64,000 bases of DNA from a virus. This document shows, piece by piece, positions 38,373 through 48,136 of this stretch. The notes beneath the pieces are model-generated. The model had not been told where the DNA came from. It saw only the letters and a program-made list of their open reading frames with translations, and searched no databases. Positions within the stretch are counted from its first letter, which is position 1. The number at the start of each line of letters is the position of its first letter. The translations under genes and the position numbers were made by a program. Location of the stretch: IMG/VR virus record IMGVR_UViG_3300042892_004373, positions 9,061-73,060 of that record; one strand, 5' to 3'.

Positions 38373-38389
38373 AATGGCAAATATACAAC

Positions 38390-38632
38390 TTAGTTTTGAT
38401 TTATTAAAAGAATTTTTTGATTTCTTGTTAGTTGTTTAATTCTCCATTCTTCTTTTGCTGCCAAAGATTTTGTTTCAAAAGATTGTTGATAAACTAATTT
38501 TACTGGTGTTCTAGTCTTGGTGTACTTCGCACCTTTCTTCTTATTGTGTGTATCAATTCTCTTTTCTACGTCATTACTAATACCAGTATAATAAGTTAGG
38601 TCTGAACATTCTATTATGTAAACTTTCCACAT
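38390..38632 (-). CDS. GIY-YIG nuclease (YhbQ-like)
   Basis: VYIIEC..YYTGIS..R...HN..GAKYT. Confidence 0.88.
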   Translation of the reverse strand: MWKVYIIECSDLTYYTGISNDVEKRIDTHNKKKGAKYTKTRTPVKLVYQQSFETKSLAAKEEWRIKQLTRNQKILLINQN

Positions 38633-38718
38633 ACCTTATATATTCACTTTCATGCAACATCATGATATATAACTAAATAAATATATAATTTTGGGTTTAA
38701 AATTTAATATATACTCTT

Positions 38719-39234
38719 ATGAAATACATAAAATTATTTGAAGATATAGTTCCTGCACATCAAAGTGGTTCAGATTATAGAAATAGAAACATTGATGAAA
38801 CTGTTGATGTTACTACATTAGATACAATGTTATTAAGATCACCGGTATATAATAAAGGTGAGATAATTATTTGGTCCGATAATGTAAAGAATAGAGATGT
38901 TGACTATGACTTTGCGGAGAAATTACTAAGAAGAGTAGGTCTTAAATTGATAGGAGAACCTTATGATGGTGGATTTTTAGTAAAATGTGAACCAGGAAAA
39001 GAAGAAGAGTCTGCAGAAAAAGTATTAGCTAGATTTCCTGAATTTTTTGATAGTTATGAAAGAGAAGATATAAGAATGCCTTTTATATCAAATAAAGTAG
39101 AAGAAATAAAGGATAAAGTTGAAGATATAGAAAGATTCTTTGAAAGTACTTTGAAGAAAAATGTAAATGTAACTAAATATAATAAGTATATTGATGATAT
39201 TATTAAAGACCTTGATAATCTAAAAATAAAATAA
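38719..39234 (+). CDS. Hypothetical protein with MKYIKLFE tag
   Basis: ORF after TAATATATA. Confidence 0.6.
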   Translation: MKYIKLFEDIVPAHQSGSDYRNRNIDETVDVTTLDTMLLRSPVYNKGEIIIWSDNVKNRDVDYDFAEKLLRRVGLKLIGEPYDGGFLVKCEPGKEEESAEKVLARFPEFFDSYEREDIRMPFISNKVEEIKDKVEDIERFFESTLKKNVNVTKYNKYIDDIIKDLDNLKIK

Positions 39235-39258
39235 AAAGTCCTTTTTCAAGGACTTTTT

Positions 39259-40437
39259 TTATACTTTATCTACTGGAAATAGTCCAATTTTTTTCATACC
39301 TATTTGTAAATCTGTCAATAAGTCAGAAAAAATCTTTTTGTTTACTTCATTATCTTTTATGTATAATTTCTCATACAATTTATTTATATTCTTACAATGA
39401 TTTACTAAAGCATCGAATAATATATTCGGTGATAAATTAGATTTGGTTTTTAATTCAGCAAATTCTAATTGTTTAGAATAGAAGTTTTCTTTATCTTGTA
39501 CTTCAACACCACAGCTTTTAATATGTGCCATAGTATAACTTAGATATAAACCTAAAGATAACTTTGGATTACCAATCAATTTTGTATCTATTGACTTACT
39601 AGAAGTCGGTCCAGATTTAAGTATTTGTCCTGCAATTATATTATAAACTAATTTTAAATCATTATTAAATAATGGTAATAAACTATTTATAAAATCAGTC
39701 ATGTAAATAACATTACCTTCACTACTAGACATTTTCTTACCATCTAATTGAACTAAGCCAAGACCAACGTGATTTGTAGTAGGAAATAACTTCTTTAAAG
39801 ATTTAAAGTGATTATCTTGTTCTACTCCTGTTAGATATAACGTAGAAGCATTTAATTTACTAGCTAGAGCTACATCTTGGTAGAAGTAAGAAGTAGAACC
39901 AGTACTTTTCACACCTACTAATTTCTCGTCTCCCAAATCGAAGATTTTAGAACCTTCATAAGTACCTTCACCTTCTTTTAATAAACTTTCATCTTGTAAT
40001 TTCATTTCAGATGCAAAGAACATTTCATCTACATTATAGTTAAAATTTTTACAATACTCAAAATAAGATTTTAAAGCATCATCTTTTTGAACTGCTCCTT
40101 CTAAAGTATCACCAAAAATGACAATAAATTTATTACCGACACCTAATTTTTGAAAAGCATTTGCTAATACAAGGTTGGAAAAGTGACCAACGTGTAAATG
40201 TTTATTTAAGTTTGGACTAAACCCGTCAATATAATCATACTTTTCAGGTTGATTAAACATATCAGAGATTTTTGTATCATCATTTAAGATGATGTTTGTG
40301 TATTTACCAGAATCTTCCGTTTTTAAATTCCAGTACTTACACCAATTTATAATTTCATCAGAGGGTTTTCCGAATACACAGAAGTTAAAACCTAAATCTG
40401 ATGGAGTTGTCTTTATTTTATTTATATCTATTTTCAT
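39259..40437 (-). CDS. argS: Reduced arginyl-tRNA synthetase (392 aa)
   Basis: SPNLNKHLHVGH, KS.G...Y...D.A, EQDNHF, KMSSSEG, C-terminal DALR-like helices. Confidence 0.85.
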   Translation of the reverse strand: MKIDINKIKTTPSDLGFNFCVFGKPSDEIINWCKYWNLKTEDSGKYTNIILNDDTKISDMFNQPEKYDYIDGFSPNLNKHLHVGHFSNLVLANAFQKLGVGNKFIVIFGDTLEGAVQKDDALKSYFEYCKNFNYNVDEMFFASEMKLQDESLLKEGEGTYEGSKIFDLGDEKLVGVKSTGSTSYFYQDVALASKLNASTLYLTGVEQDNHFKSLKKLFPTTNHVGLGLVQLDGKKMSSSEGNVIYMTDFINSLLPLFNNDLKLVYNIIAGQILKSGPTSSKSIDTKLIGNPKLSLGLYLSYTMAHIKSCGVEVQDKENFYSKQLEFAELKTKSNLSPNILFDALVNHCKNINKLYEKLYIKDNEVNKKIFSDLLTDLQIGMKKIGLFPVDKV

Positions 40438-40529
40438 TTTTTCTAATTTTTTTTTCTAATTTTTTAATTTTGTTCATAAAAAAACCCTTACTTGAAAAAG
40501 TAAGGGTTTAAACAATAAGTAAAGCTGTG

Positions 40530-40868
40530 TTACTCACTAACCACAACTTCACAAATTTTTGTAAATTCACCATTACTTACTGCTTTGGTGATCCACCTGT
40601 TTAAATCTGAACCTTTCATTTCTGACTCGAATGTAGTTGTACCTAAGTCAGAAGATAATTGTAATGTTTCGATTGTTGGTTCATCATCATATACACCTTC
40701 ATTTTCAGGATTGAGATAAACAACTGATGTTTCGACTGTTGCAATAGGAAATTGATAAACACCGTCAGCTAACTCTACTGTATAGTAAAGGTTACCACTA
40801 ACATAGTGACTTAATTTTGCCATTGCTTTAGATTTATACAAATCTTTTTTAATTTCGTTTAATTCCAT
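40530..40868 (-). CDS. Hypothetical phage protein
   Basis: ORF downstream of tRNA, followed by hairpin. Confidence 0.6.
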   Translation of the reverse strand: MELNEIKKDLYKSKAMAKLSHYVSGNLYYTVELADGVYQFPIATVETSVVYLNPENEGVYDDEPTIETLQLSSDLGTTTFESEMKGSDLNRWITKAVSNGEFTKICEVVVSE

Positions 40869-40889
40869 TGTTATTTTGTATTTTTAATG

Positions 40890-40963
40890 TGGTCCCACTT
40901 GGGCTCGAACCAAGGACCTACTGATTATGAGTCAGCCGCTCTAACCAACTGAGCTATGGGACC
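40890..40963 (-). tRNA. tRNA(CAT), Ile2-like (or elongator Met)
   Basis: Canonical cloverleaf GGTCCCA/TGGGACC-A, loop CTCATAA. Confidence 0.92.
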
Positions 40964-41099
40964 GTTACTACTATATATTTTGTATTTCTTATTTGTTTTA
41001 CAAAAGTACAAAAAATAATTGAAACTAAAAATTAAATAAATAATATAATGAAACTTATAAGAATAAAAAAAGAGAGTCATTCGCTCCCTTTTTATTTTG

Positions 41100-41294
41100 T
41101 TATTTTACTATGAGATAATCAATTCCATATTCTTTACTATAAGAATAGACTTTATCACCAATTTCTAAAATATAGTTTGTATCTAATATTAGAATACTTC
41201 CATCATATTTTACAAGAATATCAATCTTTGGTACATTAGGTCCTTCCGTTATTAAATTACTTGTAATATAAGTTATAATATTTTCATTTTCCAT
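41100..41294 (-). CDS. Small hypothetical protein
   Basis: ORF downstream of fibre gene. Confidence 0.45.
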   Translation of the reverse strand: MENENIITYITSNLITEGPNVPKIDILVKYDGSILILDTNYILEIGDKVYSYSKEYGIDYLIVK

Positions 41295-41309
41295 AATTAT
41301 TTTATTTTT

Positions 41310-42836
41310 TTATATGAGTTCAAACCAAAGTGTTACATCTCTTAAAATTCCACTATTTCCACCATTATATGCTGCAAAGTATGATATAAATCTACTTTGA
41401 GCAGGAGCACCAGGAGTACTAATAGCATTTGATTCACCAACATAACAACCTTGTGAATAATTTTGAAAGTCTAATAGTCCAGGTATACTAGATTCGATAG
41501 AAGTGTTTAGATCAACACGTCTTAATAAACAGTGTAAACCATCAAATACTAAAGTATCTGCTCTTACATACATTTTTATTTTGTATGATGATCCACTTGG
41601 AAAAATATAAAAAGGATCAAATACAAAACTAGCACCTGTAACAGCAAAAAATCCAAAGGCGGATGGGAGAGAACTAGTACCTATGCCCGGTGAGTAACCA
41701 CTATTACTAAAAGATGTGGAAGCATTTGATAATATAACTCCTGGTCCTAATTTATATTTATTTGGTCCTTGAACACCTTGTGGACCTTGTGGACCTTGAG
41801 ATCCTTGTACTGCCAATAATGCCCAATTTATATTTGTTATATCTAAATCCGGGGAAACTACTGATGCTGTTGAACTAACCGTTGCAACACACCACCAAGA
41901 TGCTGACGCATAACCAACCGCATCATTCATATTATATAATGAGTTATTACTCCAAGAACCTTGCCAAGTTAAACCCGAAACACCAACCGGTCCTTCAACA
42001 CCTTGTGGACCTTGTGGACCTTGAGATCCTTGAATTCCTTGTTCTCCCGAAGTTCCCGAAGAACCAGAAGTTCCAGATGAACCCGAAGTTCCAGATGAAC
42101 CAGAAGTTCCAGATGAACCAGAAGTTCCAGATGAACCCGAAGTTCCAGATGAACCAGAAGTTCCAGATGAACCGTCTATACCAGAAGTTCCAGATGAACC
42201 TGAAGTTCCAGATGAACCTGAAGTTCCAGGATCTCCTTGAATTCCTTGTTCTCCAGAAGTTCCAGATGAACCTGAAGTTCCAGGATCTCCTTGAATTCCT
42301 TGTTCTCCAGAAGTTCCAGATGAACCTGAAGTTCCAGGATCTCCTTGAATTCCTTGTTCTCCAGAAGTTCCGGATGATCCGTCTATACCAGAAGTTCCAG
42401 ATGATCCGTCTGCGCCATTTATACCAGAAGTTCCAGATGTACCACTTGAACCACTTCCAGATGTTCCAGATGATCCAGAAGTTCCATTTGTACCTGAAGT
42501 TCCATTTGTACCTGAAGTTCCATTTGTACCTGAAGTTCCATCGGTTCCAGATGTTCCGTCTATACCTGATGTTCCTGATGATCCGTTTATACCTGATGTT
42601 CCTGATGATCCGTTTATACCAGATGTTCCTGATGATCCGTTTATACCTGATGATCCGTTTATACCAGATGTTCCAGAAGTACCGTTTACACCAGATGTTC
42701 CAGAAGTACCGTTTACACCAGTACCAGATCCACCATTAAGTGCTAATTCTTGTAGATATAAGAAGTTATTATCCATCTCAAAAACCGATAATCTGTTTCC
42801 TGATTGACTTCTTAGAGTAAGTGAATAAGTTGACAT
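41310..42836 (-). CDS. Collagen-like/GTS-repeat fibre protein
   Basis: G-x-x triplets (GTS, GSS, GIN, GPQ); same N-terminal anchor as 1712-5953. Confidence 0.75.
   Translation of the reverse strand: MSTYSLTLRSQSGNRLSVFEMDNNFLYLQELALNGGSGTGVNGTSGTSGVNGTSGTSGINGSSGINGSSGTSGINGSSGTSGINGSSGTSGIDGTSGTDGTSGTNGTSGTNGTSGTNGTSGSSGTSGSGSSGTSGTSGINGADGSSGTSGIDGSSGTSGEQGIQGDPGTSGSSGTSGEQGIQGDPGTSGSSGTSGEQGIQGDPGTSGSSGTSGSSGTSGIDGSSGTSGSSGTSGSSGTSGSSGTSGSSGTSGSSGTSGSSGTSGEQGIQGSQGPQGPQGVEGPVGVSGLTWQGSWSNNSLYNMNDAVGYASASWWCVATVSSTASVVSPDLDITNINWALLAVQGSQGPQGPQGVQGPNKYKLGPGVILSNASTSFSNSGYSPGIGTSSLPSAFGFFAVTGASFVFDPFYIFPSGSSYKIKMYVRADTLVFDGLHCLLRRVDLNTSIESSIPGLLDFQNYSQGCYVGESNAISTPGAPAQSRFISYFAAYNGGNSGILRDVTLWFELI
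41990..42720. repeat. Coding tandem repeats (9/18/54-nt units)
   Basis: GAACCAGAAGTTCCAGAT arrays and three 54-nt GEQGIQGDPGTSGSSGTS units. Confidence 0.85.
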
Positions 42837-42954
42837 ATTTTTTATATAGTTTTTAGTATTTAATACTATTTATATATTATTTTAAAAAATACATTTTCTA
42901 TAAATATTAAATTTTTTTTCAAAAAAATATAAAAAAATATACTATCTTTGTGAA

Positions 42955-43320
42955 ATGGAGATTATACAGCGACATGGCATTGCCTTTAAAGTAATAGAAA
43001 GAAAGATGAATTTCCCTTTCATAACTGATTGTGATGATATGTTATGTGAAGATGTGAGTTCATTTTATTCAGATCCAAACACACAATCTATTGTTCTAAT
43101 TAGAGATAATTATTCTAAACCTATTATGACTTATCAAGATGTTCTTGACGAGATAGATTATTTATATGATGATAGTATTCGTTGGAGAAGCGAAGAAAGA
43201 CGAGATAGTTTAAGGATCTATTATAATAAAGTTTCTAATATAATGAAAACTTACAAAAGACAAGAACAAATAAATAAGGTATTAAATAGTAACGAATGTA
43301 CATTTCACTTAGCATGTTAA
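42955..43320 (+). CDS. Hypothetical protein
   Basis: ORF after TATCTTTG; KRQEQINKVL near the C-terminus. Confidence 0.55.
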   Translation: MEIIQRHGIAFKVIERKMNFPFITDCDDMLCEDVSSFYSDPNTQSIVLIRDNYSKPIMTYQDVLDEIDYLYDDSIRWRSEERRDSLRIYYNKVSNIMKTYKRQEQINKVLNSNECTFHLAC

Positions 43321-43832
43321 AAAATAAATTATACTTATTCGATAAGTGGTTATCCAAAGATAGAAATACATTACTTGTTTTACTATTAGTTGTTGGTTCT
43401 ACATTTATGATTAGTTATGAACCTACTCTTTTTTATGGTATTGGTCTATTATCTATTATATGTTTTTATGTTGTATTCGTAAAAGCTAAGATTTTAGGAC
43501 AAGATTGGAAAATCGATAGATCAGTATATGATGTACCACAAGTTGAAGAAATTATAGTTACTACTAAAAATTTCTACTGGGATGGATCATTAAAAAGTTA
43601 TCATGTTCAGAGTCATACAAGTAAGCCTAATACAGTTTTTATTGAGAAAGGAACAGAATTAAAGATTATACATTTAAAAGAAATAGAAGATGATTGGTCT
43701 TTGATGTTAAAGAAAGGTAACGGTGAGATAATCATTACAGTAAATTATTTGGAATCAAAAGATTATTATAAAACAAAGTCTCAAATTAGAGAAGAAAAAT
43801 TAAAGAAATTATTAAGTAAAAAAATATGGTAA
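43296..43832 (+). CDS. Membrane protein with RExKL tag
   Basis: Two TM segments; ends IREEKLKKLL. Confidence 0.55.
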   Translation: MYISLSMLKNKLYLFDKWLSKDRNTLLVLLLVVGSTFMISYEPTLFYGIGLLSIICFYVVFVKAKILGQDWKIDRSVYDVPQVEEIIVTTKNFYWDGSLKSYHVQSHTSKPNTVFIEKGTELKIIHLKEIEDDWSLMLKKGNGEIIITVNYLESKDYYKTKSQIREEKLKKLLSKKIW

Positions 43833-44563
43833 AATTACTACCCGCAACATTCAAATGGATTCCTAAATTAGAAGATGTTATTGAGATAGCAGGAATACAC
43901 CCAAGTCGTGTGTTTAATGTTTATATCTTTGGTTCTCGTGTATATGGAAATTACGATGCAGCATCTGACTGGGATATTATAATGGTTGCTAATAACTCAG
44001 TTGAAGCAGTTGAGTTAAATAAAACAGTTCAAGACGAGTATTCTTATAATATGAATCATCGATTTATTAGATATAATATTCATGTTTATACACCAGATAG
44101 ATTTCAAAAAGATTTAGACTGGCATCGTATGAATAATCTTGAGTGTATATTTGCACCAGACTGGGCTAAGTTAAAAGAGGATAAAAAATATGAGTTTAAA
44201 CTAGATTTAAAGAAGTTGAGACATGCTTCATCACATATTAGTTCTAACTCATGGGTGAAATGTAAGAAAAAATTATTGGTTGAGGGTGAGTATCGTACTG
44301 CTATAAAATCATTCTTTCATTCGATTAGAATACCTATGTTTGCTACACAAATTGCTAGATATGGTAAAATTACTGACTTTACAATAGCAAATTTTATTTG
44401 GAGAAGACTTATGTTTGAAGAAGAAGCGGTTTATGATCCAAAAACCTATTTACCAATTTATCGTACTATAGAACGTAAATGGAATTGGGAATCTTTGAAT
44501 TTAGAGTTTAAAATAACATATAATCTTATGTTAAGTTTATTTAGAAAAGTAACTGATAAATAA
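43826..44563 (+). CDS. Pol-beta-superfamily nucleotidyltransferase
   Basis: YIFGSRVYG....SDWD. Confidence 0.8.
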   Translation: MVKLLPATFKWIPKLEDVIEIAGIHPSRVFNVYIFGSRVYGNYDAASDWDIIMVANNSVEAVELNKTVQDEYSYNMNHRFIRYNIHVYTPDRFQKDLDWHRMNNLECIFAPDWAKLKEDKKYEFKLDLKKLRHASSHISSNSWVKCKKKLLVEGEYRTAIKSFFHSIRIPMFATQIARYGKITDFTIANFIWRRLMFEEEAVYDPKTYLPIYRTIERKWNWESLNLEFKITYNLMLSLFRKVTDK

Positions 44564-44799
44564 TGGAAGAAGAATTAGAAAAATTATATCAAGATTTACT
44601 TACAAATAGACAAATCTATAGGGGTCAAGGACTTGTAACCGCTAGTCCACCACAACCATATCAGGATTTGATCAATAGTCCAACTAATATAAATTATGAT
44701 TTTGCTTCTTTATATCCTAGTGTTCAGAAAAAGTATTACTATAAAATAAGTATGAAAGTTTCTATTAGAAAAAGAAAGATTACAAATATATTTCAATAA
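44563..44799 (+). CDS. Small protein containing a PolB motif-A-like peptide
   Basis: YDFASLYPS; ends IRKRKITNIF. Confidence 0.5.
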   Translation: MEEELEKLYQDLLTNRQIYRGQGLVTASPPQPYQDLINSPTNINYDFASLYPSVQKKYYYKISMKVSIRKRKITNIFQ

Positions 44800-44810
44800 A
44801 AAACCCATCT

Positions 44811-45167
44811 TTAAGATGGGTTTTTTAGTATTCGTTCTAATTTATATTCTCTTCTTAGTATCTTTTTATCTATCATATCTAACCTCAAAGGATTATATCC
44901 ACTCTTTAGCGTCATTGGTGTATATCCTTCTGTGATCTTTGGTTCAATAAGTACGGTATAGAATCCACCTACATGTAATATATAATCTTTTATTTGATAC
45001 TCTATATTAGAAAGATAGGTTGGTGCGAAAAATTTACACATATATCCGATTGGATACCATTTCTCAAGTATCTGTAATTGTATATCTACTGGTGTTTTAC
45101 TAAAACGTTCACACTCATTGGAATCATAGTTCCAAAAAACTAACGCTTTCTTACCAAATGTACTCAT
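44811..45167 (-). CDS. Hypothetical protein with RExKL tag
   Basis: Ends RREYKLERIL. Confidence 0.55.
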   Translation of the reverse strand: MSTFGKKALVFWNYDSNECERFSKTPVDIQLQILEKWYPIGYMCKFFAPTYLSNIEYQIKDYILHVGGFYTVLIEPKITEGYTPMTLKSGYNPLRLDMIDKKILRREYKLERILKNPS

Positions 45168-45246
45168 TTTACATAATTTTTACAAATATAAGTATAATTT
45201 ATGATAATGAGAAAATAATATATAATAAAAAAATTATATTATAATA

Positions 45247-46686
45247 ATGTTAAAAAAATATATTGATTTTATAACAGAATCTCAAGATTTAATAACAGAA
45301 TCCCAATTGATTGAACTTTTATTAGAATCTGATGTAATGTTTTCAGATAACTTTAAGAAGGTATTAGGTAAAATTGATAGCCCTGTTGCTAAGAAAATAC
45401 TAGGATTAGAAAAAAAAGACTTACCAGTAGTTGCTAACTACTTTGATATAGATCCAAAAAGAAATGACTATTTATGGTTTACTGCAGATAGAAAGGCACA
45501 AGAGATTTTAAATGATCCAAAAGAATTATATCGTTTTGTAGGAAATAATGGTGGATGGCTAACTCATGGTGAGGCTAATAATGCAATTTTTGGTAGATTG
45601 GGATATGTTCCACAAGGTGATGTTTATAGACCTACGTCTGTAGAAGTTGGTGAAGTTGTTGAAAAGATAGTTTCCGAAAAATCTGGTAAAACTTGGGTTT
45701 GGTTAAAATTCCAAAATGGACAAGGTGTTTTCAATTTAGAAAAATTAAGACCTGTTGATGATAGAAATAAATTAGTTTGGTCTAAGAACCGTCAAGATGT
45801 TAGAGTTGGTAGATCGATGAATGCTCTTTTGACTTTGGCTGCAAGAGAAGATGATACTGCTAAATTTACCGCAAGAGAGGTTGAGATATTTGTAAACTTA
45901 TATAAAGCACAGATGGATAAATTCAATGATAAATTCTCATTCTTTGATGTTGTTCAAGGTGATGATATTTATTATAAGTATCAATATAATAATTACTATG
46001 ATGCAAGTGGTACACTGGCAAACTCTTGTATGGCAGAAGCCGAATCTAGTTGGTTAGAACCATATACTGAAAATAACACAGTATCATTAGTTATTTATAA
46101 ATCACAGGATGATGATAGTAAAATTATTGGTCGTGCTATTCTTTGGGAATGTTTGGATGGTAAAAAAGTAATGGATAGAGTTTATACTAACTCTGATTCT
46201 GATGTTGATTTATTTAGACAATTTGCACAAGATAGTGGGTGGTGGTATAAATCAAATAATAATAGTTCTTCAACTATAAATGCTATAGGTCCGGAAGGTC
46301 AAAATATTGACTATTTAACTGTTCAAGTTCAGTTACATAAAAGACATGATAATTTCCCTTATATGGATACCTTAAAATACTATAGTCCTGAAACTGGAAT
46401 TATGTCAAATGATAAACCAGAAAGTGGAGTAGTTTATTATTGTGAGTCAACTGAAGGTTATTATGATAAACTTTGTTCAACTTGCAGTGAGGATGGTACT
46501 ATTACTTGTCCAACTTGTGATGGTGATGGTGAAGAAGTTTGTGTTGAGTGTAATGGTGATGGTGAAGTAGAAATTGATGGAGAATCAAAAGAGTGTCCAA
46601 CTTGTGATGGTGAAGGTAAGAAAACCTGTTCACAATGTGATGGTGATGAACAGATTACTTGTCCAGATTGTGAAGGTGATTACTAA
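45247..46686 (+). CDS. SCM/GRAILW/MDRVY-domain protein with 6 CxxC repeats
   Basis: ANSCM, GRAILW, MDRVY, FPYMDT. Confidence 0.75.
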   Translation: MLKKYIDFITESQDLITESQLIELLLESDVMFSDNFKKVLGKIDSPVAKKILGLEKKDLPVVANYFDIDPKRNDYLWFTADRKAQEILNDPKELYRFVGNNGGWLTHGEANNAIFGRLGYVPQGDVYRPTSVEVGEVVEKIVSEKSGKTWVWLKFQNGQGVFNLEKLRPVDDRNKLVWSKNRQDVRVGRSMNALLTLAAREDDTAKFTAREVEIFVNLYKAQMDKFNDKFSFFDVVQGDDIYYKYQYNNYYDASGTLANSCMAEAESSWLEPYTENNTVSLVIYKSQDDDSKIIGRAILWECLDGKKVMDRVYTNSDSDVDLFRQFAQDSGWWYKSNNNSSSTINAIGPEGQNIDYLTVQVQLHKRHDNFPYMDTLKYYSPETGIMSNDKPESGVVYYCESTEGYYDKLCSTCSEDGTITCPTCDGDGEEVCVECNGDGEVEIDGESKECPTCDGEGKKTCSQCDGDEQITCPDCEGDY

Positions 46687-46749
46687 CAAATAAAAATAAA
46701 AATCCCTTTTAAAGGGATTTTTTCATGATACTAATTTAATATATAACCT

Positions 46750-48096
46750 ATGATTTCAAACTATTTAGACTTTATTACAGAGAATAAGCTAGAACTTCTT
46801 TTAGAAGCAAAAATAGTTTATACTCAACAATTTTTAGATGTATTAGATAAGATAGATTCTAACATTGCTTCACAAATTTTATCATATAAAGGTAAAGATA
46901 TGGATGTTGCTAGAAACTATATTGATATAAATAGAGAAAAGACTGATAGTATCTTTTTTAAACCACAAGATAAGATTGACAAATCATTATATACATTACG
47001 TAGTAATGGTGGTGTTTATGATAATCTATCTAAAGTTGCAGAGAAAATGGGTATTATTCATAGTTGGAAAGAACCATCTGATGGTCAAACTGGAGTAGTT
47101 ATAAAAAAACTTACTTTAGAAGAAGTTTTAAAGATTTCTCCAAATAGTCCGGGTGTTTGGTCTTATATGTATGATAATAATCAACAATTATTTATTTTTC
47201 AATTTGAGGAAAGAGGTAAAACTTATGAGGCAATTATTTTAGATAATTATCTTGTAAAAGATGTTTCTAAAGTTACATCTACTGAAGTAAATGTTGGTAG
47301 ATTTGTTAGAGCATTTTTGAAAAATTTAGGATTGGAATATAAAGATAAAGAAATTGAAGACTTTGTTGATAAATACAAAAAGGTATTAGAAATGGAAAAG
47401 AATGCTTTTCAAAGATTTAGAGAAGTGAAAGGTGATGAAATAAAAAAATGGTATTTAGAGGATAGTTATGAAAAAGTTGCTGGTCCATTAGGTGGTTCTT
47501 GTATGCGTCATTCAGATTGTCAAAAGTATTTTGATATTTATACCAAAAATACTGATAAGGTATCAATGATTATTCTAATGAGTGAAGAAGAACCTACTAA
47601 AATTTGTGGTAGAGCTATTCTCTGGTTAGATGATAGAGGAAGAAGATTTATGGATAGAATATACACTATCAGAAATTCTGATATACTTCTATTCAAAGAA
47701 TATTGTTATAAAAATGGATATTATCATAAGTCTGAGCAAAGTTATGATGAAGATTGTAATCTAGTTTATAATGGTGATGAAGTATATGGTCAAGAAAGCT
47801 TGGTGAGAGTAAGTCTTAAAAAAGAATACTATGATTATTATCCTTATATGGATACTATGAAGTATTATAGTCCAGATCTTGGTATAATTTCTAATAGACA
47901 GTTTCCTTGGTCGGATCACACAACATATTATACTTTAACACAAACTAATGGTTCTAATGGAGAAGGTTGTGATATATGTGATGGTAGTGGAATAGTCGAT
48001 TGTCCTGAATGTGATGGTGCACGTACTGGATCCGATGGAGAACCTTGTGATATATGTAATGGACGAGGCGAAGTTGGATGTCCAGGATGTAATTAA
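46750..48096 (+). CDS. SCM/GRAILW/MDRIY-domain protein with 4 CxxC repeats
   Basis: GGSCMR, GRAILW, FMDRIY, YPYMDT. Confidence 0.75.
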   Translation: MISNYLDFITENKLELLLEAKIVYTQQFLDVLDKIDSNIASQILSYKGKDMDVARNYIDINREKTDSIFFKPQDKIDKSLYTLRSNGGVYDNLSKVAEKMGIIHSWKEPSDGQTGVVIKKLTLEEVLKISPNSPGVWSYMYDNNQQLFIFQFEERGKTYEAIILDNYLVKDVSKVTSTEVNVGRFVRAFLKNLGLEYKDKEIEDFVDKYKKVLEMEKNAFQRFREVKGDEIKKWYLEDSYEKVAGPLGGSCMRHSDCQKYFDIYTKNTDKVSMIILMSEEEPTKICGRAILWLDDRGRRFMDRIYTIRNSDILLFKEYCYKNGYYHKSEQSYDEDCNLVYNGDEVYGQESLVRVSLKKEYYDYYPYMDTMKYYSPDLGIISNRQFPWSDHTTYYTLTQTNGSNGEGCDICDGSGIVDCPECDGARTGSDGEPCDICNGRGEVGCPGCN

Positions 48097-48136
48097 ATAA
48101 AAAAAACCTATCTAAATTTAGATAGGTTTTGATTTT

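Noticed and set aside
17662-40530. Attenuator leaders or T-boxes upstream of the Glu, Leu, Asn/Asp and Arg synthetases
   Set aside because: No cognate codon runs with an alternative terminator found; only hisS has one
41882-42739. 285-aa plus-strand repetitive ORF
   Set aside because: Shadow of the GTS/collagen repeats on the opposite strand
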